DNA of 64,000 nt from Syntrophorhabdaceae bacterium (GTDB taxonomy: Bacteria > Desulfobacterota > Syntrophorhabdia > Syntrophorhabdales > Syntrophorhabdaceae): contig CAXXUO010000009.1 of assembly GCA_963666485.2 (NCBI GenBank), positions 320,001-384,000 on the forward strand, in the 5' to 3' direction. The notes beneath the pieces are model-generated. The model saw only the letters and a program-made list of their open reading frames with translations, was not told the DNA's origin and made no database searches. The position numbers were made by a program, and so were the translations under genes. Below, in pieces: positions 23,289 to 32,524 of the stretch (positions are counted from its first letter, which is position 1; the number at the start of each line of letters is the position of its first letter).

Positions 23289-23746
23289 AGAGAACTCTAA
23301 TATTTTCGATAATTTTGATGTTTGTTGCCGTGAGCGTCCTCGCCGATACCGTCACTGTCATCACGAAAGACAATTCCATCCGTGAATATGCGAAATTCTT
23401 TGCACCCGTGAAGGCCAACGTGAAGTACAACGACAGGCTCGATGTGCTCTCGACCGAGGGCGACTGGTACAAGGTGCGGTACGGCGCGTCCGTCGGGTAC
23501 ATCCACAAGAGCGCGGTGGAAAAAAGGGTGGCCGGTTTGTCCGGTTCCTCCCCGGGTAAAAGGTCCTCCGTCAGTCAGAGCGAGGCCGCCCTTGCCGGAA
23601 AGGGATTCAGTCCCCAGGTCGAAGCATCGTACAAACAGCAGCACCCTGAAATGAAGTTCTATCTCGTGGATAGCATTGAACGATACAATCTCCCCGACCG
23701 CGAAGTCGCCCAGTTCATTACCAGCGGAGGGTTGAGGCAGCCGTGA
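23285..23746 (+). CDS. Secreted SH3-domain protein
   Basis: Signal peptide; GDWYKV...GYIH SH3-like pattern; ALAGKGF; overlaps cyclase stop. Confidence 0.75.
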   Translation: MKRTLIFSIILMFVAVSVLADTVTVITKDNSIREYAKFFAPVKANVKYNDRLDVLSTEGDWYKVRYGASVGYIHKSAVEKRVAGLSGSSPGKRSSVSQSEAALAGKGFSPQVEASYKQQHPEMKFYLVDSIERYNLPDREVAQFITSGGLRQP

Positions 23747-24618
23747 TGAGAAAAATAAGCCTGCTCTTCGCCTTGCTTGCTCTGCTTGCCCTCTTCGCTT
23801 CTTGCGACACGACAAGCTTCGGGAACATCTCGCAGCATATCGGCACGGCCATGACGGTCGTGGATGCCACATCCAACGCGTCCCGCCCTATCTCGGAAGA
23901 AGAAGAGTATTATGTCGGGCGTGCCGTTGGGGCTAAAATACTCGGCACATACCAGTTGTCGAGCGACGCGTACCTGACCCGGTACGTCAACCTGATCGGC
24001 AAGGCCGTCGCACTCAGTTCGGACAAACCGTTCACGTATGGCGGTTATCATTTTGCCGTACTGGAGACCCCGGAGATCAATGCATTCGCCGCTCCCGGCG
24101 GCACCATCTTCGTCACGACGGGAATGATACGGACGACGGCAAACGAGGACGAGCTCGCCGCGGTACTTGCCCACGAGGTCGCACATATCAGTAAACGCGA
24201 CGGGATAGCCGCGATCAAGAGCGCGCGTTGGACCCAGGCACTCACCCTCATCGGGACGACCGCTGCCAAGAACTATACATCTTCGGAGATCTCCCAGCTT
24301 GTCGGCATTTTCGAAGGCAGCATCGACGACATCTTCAAGACCCTCGTTGTAAACGGGTACAGCAGGTCCCAGGAGTACGCCGCCGACGAAACCGCGCTGA
24401 TGACGCTCGCGAAATGCGGCTACGATCCGAAGGCGCTGGTCTCTTTTCTCAAGCGCCTCGAGCAGAGAGGGAAATCGTCCGGCGGAGGGATCACCCAGAC
24501 CCATCCCGGTACGGCCGAGCGGATAGACAATATCTCGGGGAAAATACCGGCGGCCGGCACCATTCATCCCAGGGCGATCGAGGCCCGCACCGCGCGCTAC
24601 AACCAGAACGTGCGATAA
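23743..24618 (+). CDS. M48 family metallopeptidase lipoprotein
   Basis: Lipobox FASC; NAFAAPGG, HEVAH, EYAAD and THP motifs. Confidence 0.9.
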   Translation: MMRKISLLFALLALLALFASCDTTSFGNISQHIGTAMTVVDATSNASRPISEEEEYYVGRAVGAKILGTYQLSSDAYLTRYVNLIGKAVALSSDKPFTYGGYHFAVLETPEINAFAAPGGTIFVTTGMIRTTANEDELAAVLAHEVAHISKRDGIAAIKSARWTQALTLIGTTAAKNYTSSEISQLVGIFEGSIDDIFKTLVVNGYSRSQEYAADETALMTLAKCGYDPKALVSFLKRLEQRGKSSGGGITQTHPGTAERIDNISGKIPAAGTIHPRAIEARTARYNQNVR

Positions 24619-24658
24619 TCCTGCAGCTTCCCCCTTAAATTCCCTCGAGGAGTTCCGC

Positions 24659-26071
24659 GTGAAAAAGCTCATTCTTTTCGTTCTTTTTCTTACGATCCCG
24701 GCCGTTGTTCTCGGCGCCGCAGCGCAGTGCCCCCGCTACAGCGTTGCAATGGAGGGCACCACGGTATCCATGGGGGTATCCTACACGGAACGGGTCCTTG
24801 CCCACAAGGTCGGGGCGGGGGCGGGCTACAACGGCCGCTGGAAGGTGGATCTTTTCGAACAGGTGATCACGTATCCACGGCCCCTCGGGATCCCCCTGGC
24901 CACCGACGATATCCACGACCTCGGCAACGGGGTCGCAATGCGCAGCGTGTGCACCGCCGCCGCGAATATCATTACCTGCCGCAGCACATCCGACACGATG
25001 TTCCTCGAAGTCATCAATAACCAGGTGCGCATGGAGCGCACGGTACCGTGGCACGGGAAGGTAACGGGAAATACAATGTCCTGGAAGTTTCACCTGGAAA
25101 GCCCGACCGAGCCTCTTGTAACGGGAACCATAGCCGAAGCGCCGAAAGAACCTCTCGAACTTACCATAATCGAGCCGAAGGATAAGGCCCGCTACGTCTA
25201 TGGGACACTAAACCCGACACTTGAACTGAAACTGGAGGCAAAGACCAAACCCGAACATTACGCCGATTCGGTGGAATGGACCATCCCTCACATGGACGGG
25301 GTCACGCAGACCATTCTCCAGGGCGCCCCAACGGGCCGGAAACTGGACGTGACCTACAAGAATCTGCCAAAGGATAATGACCAGTTTGGAATGAAAAAGG
25401 TGACGGCCACCCTCAAGGTGGGGTCCTGCACCGCCACCGAAACCCGGGAGGTACGGTTTTTCTTCCCGAGAGATGCGAAGAACAACCCCGGCGGCGAACA
25501 TTACAACTGGTTCTATTACTGGAAACAAACGCCGGCGGCAAAACCTTTCGGGCAGACGATAAACATCGAATTCGGCGGCACCCAGTTTGATGTCTGCAAG
25601 GATTTCCATGTCCCGGCCATGTTCAAGCCGGCATACATGTATAAGACGATCCACATCTGCGATCTCACGGCGAAGCTCGACAACACCCTTGCAATGACCT
25701 TTCCATCGGTAAAACGCAGCGTTCCTAAGACGGTAACCGCAAAAGAGTACAGAACTACACGCCATATCGATACGTTCGCGGTCATAGTCCGCCACGAATA
25801 TATCCATTTCACCGCCTATCATAACTGGCGCGAGGGAAAGACCCTGCCGCAACTGGAAGCTCAGGACAAAGACCTCGACGGGATCCCGGACCATCTTGAA
25901 CCCGGCATGGAATTCGACCCGAACAAATTCCAGACATACTGGGGCTACGACCCCGAATGGAAGAAGATCGGGGGAGACGAAGAATTCCTCGCATATGAGG
26001 CGATGTACGATTACAAAGATGGCATCTATGATGCACATGATTGGGCAAGGCCGGGAAAAAACTGGCCTTGA
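24659..26071 (+). CDS. Secreted hypothetical protein with HExxH and DxDxDG motifs
   Basis: Signal peptide, RHEYIH, DKDLDGIPD; GTG start with SD GAGGAG. Confidence 0.65.
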   Translation: MKKLILFVLFLTIPAVVLGAAAQCPRYSVAMEGTTVSMGVSYTERVLAHKVGAGAGYNGRWKVDLFEQVITYPRPLGIPLATDDIHDLGNGVAMRSVCTAAANIITCRSTSDTMFLEVINNQVRMERTVPWHGKVTGNTMSWKFHLESPTEPLVTGTIAEAPKEPLELTIIEPKDKARYVYGTLNPTLELKLEAKTKPEHYADSVEWTIPHMDGVTQTILQGAPTGRKLDVTYKNLPKDNDQFGMKKVTATLKVGSCTATETREVRFFFPRDAKNNPGGEHYNWFYYWKQTPAAKPFGQTINIEFGGTQFDVCKDFHVPAMFKPAYMYKTIHICDLTAKLDNTLAMTFPSVKRSVPKTVTAKEYRTTRHIDTFAVIVRHEYIHFTAYHNWREGKTLPQLEAQDKDLDGIPDHLEPGMEFDPNKFQTYWGYDPEWKKIGGDEEFLAYEAMYDYKDGIYDAHDWARPGKNWP

Positions 26072-26186
26072 TCCTCGTGCGGGGCCTCGCGTACACACTC
26101 CTTTTCGGCCTTAAATAATCCTATCTATTTGACAGGAAATTCCGTACACTAATTGCCGAAAAACGCTTTAACAGAGGAAACGGCGG

Positions 26187-26966
26187 GTGGACAAGTTTTC
26201 AGGCAAGAAATACCCTTCAGTGCGTGAGGTCACTGATACGGAACGGGTCAGTATGGTCAAGGAAATGTTCTCGACCATCACGCGAAAATACGATTTTCTT
26301 AATCACCTGCTCAGCCTGCGGCGCGATGTCGCGTGGCGGCGATTCACCGTCAAAAAGATGAATTTCCCCGGCACCGGCCGACTGCTCGACGTTGCGTGCG
26401 GTACCGGCGATCTTTCCATCGATGCGGCCCGCAGGCATAGCGGCATAAAGATAACCGGCATCGACTTCGTTTATGAAATGCTCGACGTCGGAAAGAAGAA
26501 GATCGAGCAAAAAGGCCTCGACCGCCGCATCACTCTCGCGCAGTCGGACGCCATGGACCTTCCCTTCCGCGATAACTCATTCGATATAGTCGCGGTTGCT
26601 TTCGGTGTGAGGAACATGCCGAACAGGGAAAAAGCCCTTGAGGAGATGCTCAGAGTCGTCGTGCCGGGAGGCACCGTCATGGTGCTCGAAATGACATTTA
26701 TCCAGAACCGCATGTTCAAGATAATCTATCACATCTATTTGAATTATCTTTTGCCGCGCCTTGCGAAACGCTTCTCGCCCAATCCGGCCGCATATCATTA
26801 CCTGGCAGATTCCATCATGAATTTCCCGAACCCTGATGCCTTCGCCGCCATGATGGAAGCCGCAGGAATGGTCAACGTCCAAAAATACCCTCTGACCCTC
26901 GGCGTAACGTACCTGCATACAGGCAAAAAACCCGGTTCCGGGTTCAAGGTTCAAAGTTCAACGTAA
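26187..26966 (+). CDS. ubiE: UbiE/MenG family quinone methyltransferase
   Basis: YDFLNHLLS, LDVACGTGD and AYHYLADSI motifs. Confidence 0.88.
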   Translation: MDKFSGKKYPSVREVTDTERVSMVKEMFSTITRKYDFLNHLLSLRRDVAWRRFTVKKMNFPGTGRLLDVACGTGDLSIDAARRHSGIKITGIDFVYEMLDVGKKKIEQKGLDRRITLAQSDAMDLPFRDNSFDIVAVAFGVRNMPNREKALEEMLRVVVPGGTVMVLEMTFIQNRMFKIIYHIYLNYLLPRLAKRFSPNPAAYHYLADSIMNFPNPDAFAAMMEAAGMVNVQKYPLTLGVTYLHTGKKPGSGFKVQSST

Positions 26967-27021
26967 AAACCAACTACCGGAAAGGCTTCTTCCTATTGCC
27001 CATCGCCCATCGCCTGCCTCA

Positions 27022-27303
27022 TCATCTCCAATGCGGCGGGAGCATGCCTTTGCATTCACTGCCGGATGACTTGCAGGTCTCGATCCCCTGTTCCGTCTGG
27101 CATTTCCATTTGCACATCTTGCCTGTCGAGTTGTCGTTATATGTACCGGACTGTCCGGACCGGGCAACAGAGGTTATGCGCTGGCAGACAAGCCCGCCCG
27201 AAACATCCCGACCACATTTATATGCCTGCTGCGCCGCGACGACCGGCAGCGCTGTCGCGAGACTTGCGAGAACAAGGGCCCATAAAGAAAAATGTTTCAC
27301 CAT
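27022..27303 (-). CDS. Small secreted cysteine-rich protein (93 aa)
   Basis: Start ATG 27303 with SD AAGGAGG; signal peptide; 6 Cys in the mature part. Confidence 0.65.
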   Translation of the reverse strand: MVKHFSLWALVLASLATALPVVAAQQAYKCGRDVSGGLVCQRITSVARSGQSGTYNDNSTGKMCKWKCQTEQGIETCKSSGSECKGMLPPHWR

Positions 27304-27367
27304 CTCCTCCTTTTCAGAAGATCCATGGTATCGATTTGCAATAAACATTCCACTTGAAAAACCGCAA

Positions 27368-27396
27368 TTGACAGGTCCGGGGCGAAATGGTATAAG
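27368..27396 (+). promoter_or_regulatory. Sigma70 promoter for the TMEM175 gene
   Basis: TTGACA-N17-TATAAG. Confidence 0.6.
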
Positions 27397-27406
27397 CGTT
27401 TGAAAT

Positions 27407-28048
27407 ATGGAACATTCCGAACCTTCCGGCGACAGATTCGTTATGACGACCCACCGGATCGAGAACCTGTCTGACTCCATTTTTGCGTTTTCCATGACAC
27501 TCCTTGTCATGAATTTTACGTTTCCGTCAGGGGGGCTGCAGGCAGACAATAGCCAGGTGACCCAGTTTTTTCTGAGGGAGATCAACAAGTTCGACCGGTA
27601 TGTCCTGACGTTTGTCCTGCTCGCTATCTTCTGGATCAACCACCATCAGCAATTCCATCACATCAAGCGGGCAGATCGGCCTTTTCTCTGGATACAGTTC
27701 GCAATCCTTCTCTTCATAGTTATCGTACCTTTTACCGCCGCATGGATGAGCGCGTACAACCATCTCCATGTGACCAATCTCATATTTGACCTGAACCTTT
27801 TTATCCTTGGTTTCCTGCTCCTGGTGAGCTGGGTATATGCCACGCGCAAAAAGAGGCTGGTAGAAGAGACCATTGACGAACGCTACGTACGCGCAGGGGT
27901 AATAAAGCCTGTCATCAGCTGTTTCGCTGCCCTGGTTGCAATAGTTACTGCGTTCTTTCATCCCGGGTGGAGCAACTACGCCTTTATACTCACACCCGTC
28001 CTGATGCTGGTCATGCCCTTGGATAAGAAATGGCCGGCATCATTTTAA
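27407..28048 (+). CDS. TMEM175 family potassium channel
   Basis: RIENLSDSIFAFSMTLL matches the RxxxFSD...TLL pattern; WINHH; 6 TM helices. Confidence 0.85.
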   Translation: MEHSEPSGDRFVMTTHRIENLSDSIFAFSMTLLVMNFTFPSGGLQADNSQVTQFFLREINKFDRYVLTFVLLAIFWINHHQQFHHIKRADRPFLWIQFAILLFIVIVPFTAAWMSAYNHLHVTNLIFDLNLFILGFLLLVSWVYATRKKRLVEETIDERYVRAGVIKPVISCFAALVAIVTAFFHPGWSNYAFILTPVLMLVMPLDKKWPASF

Positions 28049-28094
28049 GATATTCGGTGCTTTAGGACTCCTTTTCAGCCGGGCGGGCCTCCAT

Positions 28095-29264
28095 TCAGCG
28101 CTGTTCTACCGCTTTTCCTTTGCCTCCCACAAGACCGTATCCTGTGCCGATAGTGTCACAGGCTATGCGATAGCTGCGCATAAGGAAGATCATCGCCGGC
28201 ATGGCTATTATGACGGGCGCAATGACAATAGCGACGAATAGGCGGTAGATGAACCCGTACATTTCGCTCGCAACAGTAAATGCATCCGGGCTTCCGAGAG
28301 CCGGCCCGTCGCTCGTCAGGTATGCCTCCACCATGTTTGCCACAATACCCCCATCCATGCAAAGGCTGAACGCCGATGCCAGCACATCGAGGATGTTGAC
28401 CGCAATGACCGGTGTCAAAGCGATGGCGAAGGCTTTGACGATGTTGCGGAAAAACACGTCCCTGCGGGCGTCGAAGGCCATATTCACCACTGAAAAAGGG
28501 AACGTGACGCAAAATATGGATGCCCGTACGGCAGCGCTTACAACAACACCGGTAAATGTGAACAAAAGGAGGGTGTAAAAGATAAACCCGGAAATGACCC
28601 CGATATTCTCGGCTACAATGCCCCTGATGATCTGCAGGATGCTTATCATGTTCCCCGTATCTATATTCACACCGATCCCGCATGTGATCACGGCCATGTA
28701 CTCCGATATCGTATAGCTGACCGCCATCAGGAACCCGCCCAGGGCAGTATTGAAAAAAGCGAGGCAGGCCAGGGGAGGGATCACCGGCAGAAGAAAGATC
28801 AGCTGTGCCAGCCGCACCTTGATCGCATCCGTCCACTTTATGCTCTGTTCAGCCAGGGGCGACGCCTCTTTGACGGCTATCAGCTGACCGGACAATTCAG
28901 GCGAATCGGAGCTCTTCTTAAGTGCCTCTTTTATCCTGTCCAGGTTTTCAAATACGGCGCCATTGCCCGCCTGTTCGAAGCCGGCGGTTATCACGATCCT
29001 GGGAAATGCCCCGATGAACGTTCCCGGCTTGCCGTCTATGCCTGCAAGGTAAGGAACCGGTGTGCATAAAGACGCAATAATTATGAATTTACTTCCCTGA
29101 TCTTTCAGGTAGGGAACAATATTTTCCCACCCTTTTCTGTACGCTGTAAAAATGACACGGGAGGACCCCATCACAAACGCAATGGCCGTGATGATGGCGG
29201 CAACCTGCTGTTCCACCTGGGAAACAAGGCCTGCAGTCTGTACGAGAAGGTCCGTCGGGTCCAT
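28095..29264 (-). CDS. Polytopic membrane protein, VirB6/TrbL-like (possible T4SS channel subunit)
   Basis: 389 aa with many TM segments; VTFPFSVVNMAFDARRDVFFRNIVKAFAIALTPVIA resembles the VirB6 core pattern. Confidence 0.5.
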   Translation of the reverse strand: MDPTDLLVQTAGLVSQVEQQVAAIITAIAFVMGSSRVIFTAYRKGWENIVPYLKDQGSKFIIIASLCTPVPYLAGIDGKPGTFIGAFPRIVITAGFEQAGNGAVFENLDRIKEALKKSSDSPELSGQLIAVKEASPLAEQSIKWTDAIKVRLAQLIFLLPVIPPLACLAFFNTALGGFLMAVSYTISEYMAVITCGIGVNIDTGNMISILQIIRGIVAENIGVISGFIFYTLLLFTFTGVVVSAAVRASIFCVTFPFSVVNMAFDARRDVFFRNIVKAFAIALTPVIAVNILDVLASAFSLCMDGGIVANMVEAYLTSDGPALGSPDAFTVASEMYGFIYRLFVAIVIAPVIIAMPAMIFLMRSYRIACDTIGTGYGLVGGKGKAVEQR

Positions 29265-29320
29265 AGCACCTCTTTACGATACGGCGGCAGCCGTTCTGAA
29301 AATGTATATAGCCTTGAAAC

Positions 29321-29350
29321 AAAAAAAGGCCGGGGAATTATCCCCGGCCT
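29321..29350 (-). terminator. Rho-independent terminator
   Basis: Stem AGGCCGGGGA-ATTA-TCCCCGGCCT with a T run on the minus strand. Confidence 0.8.
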
Positions 29351-29376
29351 CGCGTTTTTTTCAAATTAGTAGAAGA

Positions 29377-32046
29377 TTATTTCCTCAGGTTAAACCCGCG
29401 CGGCGGGTTGCCGGGATGAGTGTCGCCTCCCTGCCATTTTCTTTTGATCACGATCGTCTTGCCGTCATCATTCCACTGGACGTGAAACGGGTAGAGCGTC
29501 CCCTGGATCTCGTTATTGTTCGTCCCGATCGTGAACGTGGCTTTCGCGGTGATCGTTCCGATCGCCTGTGACAGGCGCATGTCCTGCATATACTGGTTTA
29601 TGACCGCGGCATTCCCGAACGTCAGAATAACCGAGGCCGTGTTTCCCGATAGTGACCCGGAAACGGGAATGTTGCCGCCGGGCGTCTGCATCGAGCCGCT
29701 GACGCTGGACCCGGATTGGCTTAAGGTCATCTTCCCGTTGAACCGCCCCTTGGAATCGACGGCATTCCACGTCCCGTTCAGGGTGACAGGGGTAACGGGA
29801 ACGTTCCGGGACGTGTATACCCTGCCACTTGGCGTCGGGGCCGCAGGCTGCGTTCTCGTCGTTTGGTTTGTCGTCGTGGCCGGCGTCTGTGTGTTGCTTC
29901 CGCCTGACAGGGCATCCATCAATTCACGGAAAGGATCGGGCTGTTCGCCTTTCTTATAGACAGTGACATTATGCGACACCTGCGCAAGTTTGACGGGTTT
30001 CGGCTGGTATTTCATCCAGAGTTCCGCTGTCACGTAGTAGGTCCCGGGAGCACTGGCCGGGAGATTTACCGTATCTCGCGATGTGTATCTTCTTCCATTC
30101 ACCACCCAGCTGTAATAAAGGGCAGATGCCGGGACGTTTGTATCGCTCACGCTCGCGGTAAGGTGAACATTTTCCCCAACCTCGGCTGAAGACGGCCCGC
30201 TTACCGAGATGGACCCCTTTGCCGGGTCAGGCCCCGCTGCGGCAAAGGCACGCTGCGCCTCCCCCGCCCTGTGCCATTTGCCGGCTATCGCCTGCCATAC
30301 GACGACCTGTACAACGTTCCGGCCGGCACGGGAGACTTTCAGCGACTGGCTCTCACTGTTTCCGCCGAACCTGGCGCCATTGACGGACCACACATAACTG
30401 TACGAAGGTTCCTTGTCGCTTCTGCTGAGCTGTTTTATCCGTGTCCTGAAGGATATTTCATCGCCTACCTTCGATTCTCCCGGACCGCTCAGCTCCACCG
30501 CGATCCTGCGTTCCTCTGCGACAATCCTGTGCGTGTCCTCGCCGACAAGAATCGACTGGCGCGTGTCAGGACGGACGACATAAACGACCAGGCTCACCGT
30601 GTAGGTCCCCGCCGTAACGAGAGTTCTTTTGAACGTTGCGGCGGAACCGAGGACCGTGTTATTACCCGCAAGCCGCCATGCGTATTTGAGAGAGGGCTTT
30701 ATGGATTCCGCCGCCTCTATCTCGGACCCGAGTTCGATGGCATCACCCGTGAAGGCCTGCTCGGGCCCCGTTATTGTCACCTTCACCCGCGGCTTGAGGT
30801 TGAAGTCTACCGTTAGGGGGACCGAAGCCGATTTTTCGTCCTTCGGCTTGACCGTGATCTTCTTTGATTCAGCACCGAACCCCGACGCCTCGGCGGTCAG
30901 CGTGTACGTCCCGGGAGGGACCTCAGCGAACCGCGCCTCTCCGGAATCGCCGGTCGTCTCCGGCGACCGCGGCGACATGCGCACAGTAGCGTCGGCGACA
31001 GGTATAGACCCTGACTTGACACGTGCCGCCACGATGCTCAGTATCGGCTCCAGAGTGGCGGAGTACCTGTCGTCTCTCGATGGCGCCAGCTCGACATTGT
31101 CCGTGTATGCCAGGTAGCCTTCGGCCGTGATGCGCACCGCATATTTCGCCGGTTTGACGCCTTTTGCGGTCACGAAGCCGTCCGCCCCCGTGGTACCGCT
31201 TAACCGGACTTCTCCCGTAAGCGTCACATGCGCGCCGCCGACCGGTTTTCCGGAGCTGTCCCTGACCTCTATCTTTATGGCCTTCAGGTTCGTCTTTGTT
31301 TTTTCTACCAGCTCCCGGTTCGCTTCATCCAGATCTTTTTTCGTGACCCCTTCATCAGACGAGAAACTGTTGTAGCCCTGATGTTTGTTCATCAGTTTGC
31401 CCCAGTCCTCTGTCTTTATGCCATTCCATGAACTGTTATCGAAATTCTTGAAATTCCCTTCCGAACCCCCGTGCGACCACAGGTCAAAAGAATACGGGAT
31501 GCCATCGATAACAACGACCGGTGCGACATGGTTAATATTGACGTCAAAGATATATCCCCTGTTGAGCGCCTGCCAGCCATCCTTGTACCCGACGACGGAG
31601 TGTATCTGCCCCGGGTCGAATCCCGAACCTTTGAGCGCTTCCGTCACGGCATCATTGAGGTACCCGCAGGTCGCCGCCTCACTGTTGCCATACCTGAGCG
31701 AGGCGTCAATACGGCCGATCAGCGATGTATTGGGGGTTATCCCTCTCCGGTCGAGTTCTTTAGCGACCTGTGTCGTGATGTAGCGCGCCTTTTCGAGTTC
31801 ATTGGCCGGGGCTGTCGCTTTGAGTTGTTCCCCGAATTTTTTCCAGTCCGCAGCTGTGGGGACCTGATTTTTCAGGCTCTGCGAATCTATCGGCTGATAC
31901 CCGTGATCTTTTCTGATATCGCTGGGCAGGGGCCTTTCTCCGCGAGAGGGCTCCGGTGCCGTCATGAAGAGCACGGCCACTCCAAGGGCCAGAATGATGC
32001 AGCGGATCAACGTTCCGCTTCTTCTATTCCTGTGCTGATATTTCAT
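29377..32046 (-). CDS. Large secreted multidomain protein: papain/transglutaminase-like domain, two carboxypeptidase-regulatory-like beta domains, three Ig/PKD-like repeats
   Basis: Start ATG 32046; signal peptide; TCG...NHVAP...FDLW; repeated V.I.GP...G units; Thr/Pro-rich linker. Confidence 0.7.
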   Translation of the reverse strand: MKYQHRNRRSGTLIRCIILALGVAVLFMTAPEPSRGERPLPSDIRKDHGYQPIDSQSLKNQVPTAADWKKFGEQLKATAPANELEKARYITTQVAKELDRRGITPNTSLIGRIDASLRYGNSEAATCGYLNDAVTEALKGSGFDPGQIHSVVGYKDGWQALNRGYIFDVNINHVAPVVVIDGIPYSFDLWSHGGSEGNFKNFDNSSWNGIKTEDWGKLMNKHQGYNSFSSDEGVTKKDLDEANRELVEKTKTNLKAIKIEVRDSSGKPVGGAHVTLTGEVRLSGTTGADGFVTAKGVKPAKYAVRITAEGYLAYTDNVELAPSRDDRYSATLEPILSIVAARVKSGSIPVADATVRMSPRSPETTGDSGEARFAEVPPGTYTLTAEASGFGAESKKITVKPKDEKSASVPLTVDFNLKPRVKVTITGPEQAFTGDAIELGSEIEAAESIKPSLKYAWRLAGNNTVLGSAATFKRTLVTAGTYTVSLVVYVVRPDTRQSILVGEDTHRIVAEERRIAVELSGPGESKVGDEISFRTRIKQLSRSDKEPSYSYVWSVNGARFGGNSESQSLKVSRAGRNVVQVVVWQAIAGKWHRAGEAQRAFAAAGPDPAKGSISVSGPSSAEVGENVHLTASVSDTNVPASALYYSWVVNGRRYTSRDTVNLPASAPGTYYVTAELWMKYQPKPVKLAQVSHNVTVYKKGEQPDPFRELMDALSGGSNTQTPATTTNQTTRTQPAAPTPSGRVYTSRNVPVTPVTLNGTWNAVDSKGRFNGKMTLSQSGSSVSGSMQTPGGNIPVSGSLSGNTASVILTFGNAAVINQYMQDMRLSQAIGTITAKATFTIGTNNNEIQGTLYPFHVQWNDDGKTIVIKRKWQGGDTHPGNPPRGFNLRK

Positions 32047-32077
32047 AAACCCGTCTCCTGCAATAAGTTTCTTAATG

Positions 32078-32512
32078 CTATCCGTCCAGATCGGGATCAA
32101 TGGGCCGGCCGGTCCGGTATGATACACTTTTCATGGTTGCGATCAATACCCTGTCGCCATCTTTTTCCGTGTAAACGGTAAATATATAGGAACCCGTCCG
32201 CTTGTTCATCGAGAGATTTTCGCCTTCGACGACAAGGCGCGACCCCGGTTCGGGGCTCGCATGATAGGTAATGGAACAGTCAAGGGCCACCGAGATATTG
32301 TTCGTGTTGTTCCCGAGCACTGAGAATGCCGCGTCGGCAAGGGAATAGATCGCTGCGCCATGCGGCCTTCCGTAAAAATTGAGCGTGCCCGGGCCAAGCT
32401 CCATATGCATCCTGATCGTCGTGTCCGTCAGTTCGTCGAGGACGATGCCGAGTTGCCGGGCATACTGATCGGCCGCAAATAACTTGCGAATCAAGTCACG
32501 GTGCTTTTCCAT
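32078..32512 (-). CDS. PaaI family hotdog-fold thioesterase
   Basis: NFYGRPHGAAIYSLADAAF motif. Confidence 0.85.
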   Translation of the reverse strand: MEKHRDLIRKLFAADQYARQLGIVLDELTDTTIRMHMELGPGTLNFYGRPHGAAIYSLADAAFSVLGNNTNNISVALDCSITYHASPEPGSRLVVEGENLSMNKRTGSYIFTVYTEKDGDRVLIATMKSVSYRTGRPIDPDLDG

Positions 32513-32524
32513 GTGAACCTCACA

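Noticed and set aside
29377..32046. Large papain-like protein as a T4SS effector
   Set aside because: It has a Sec-type signal peptide and its own terminator; proximity alone is not evidence.
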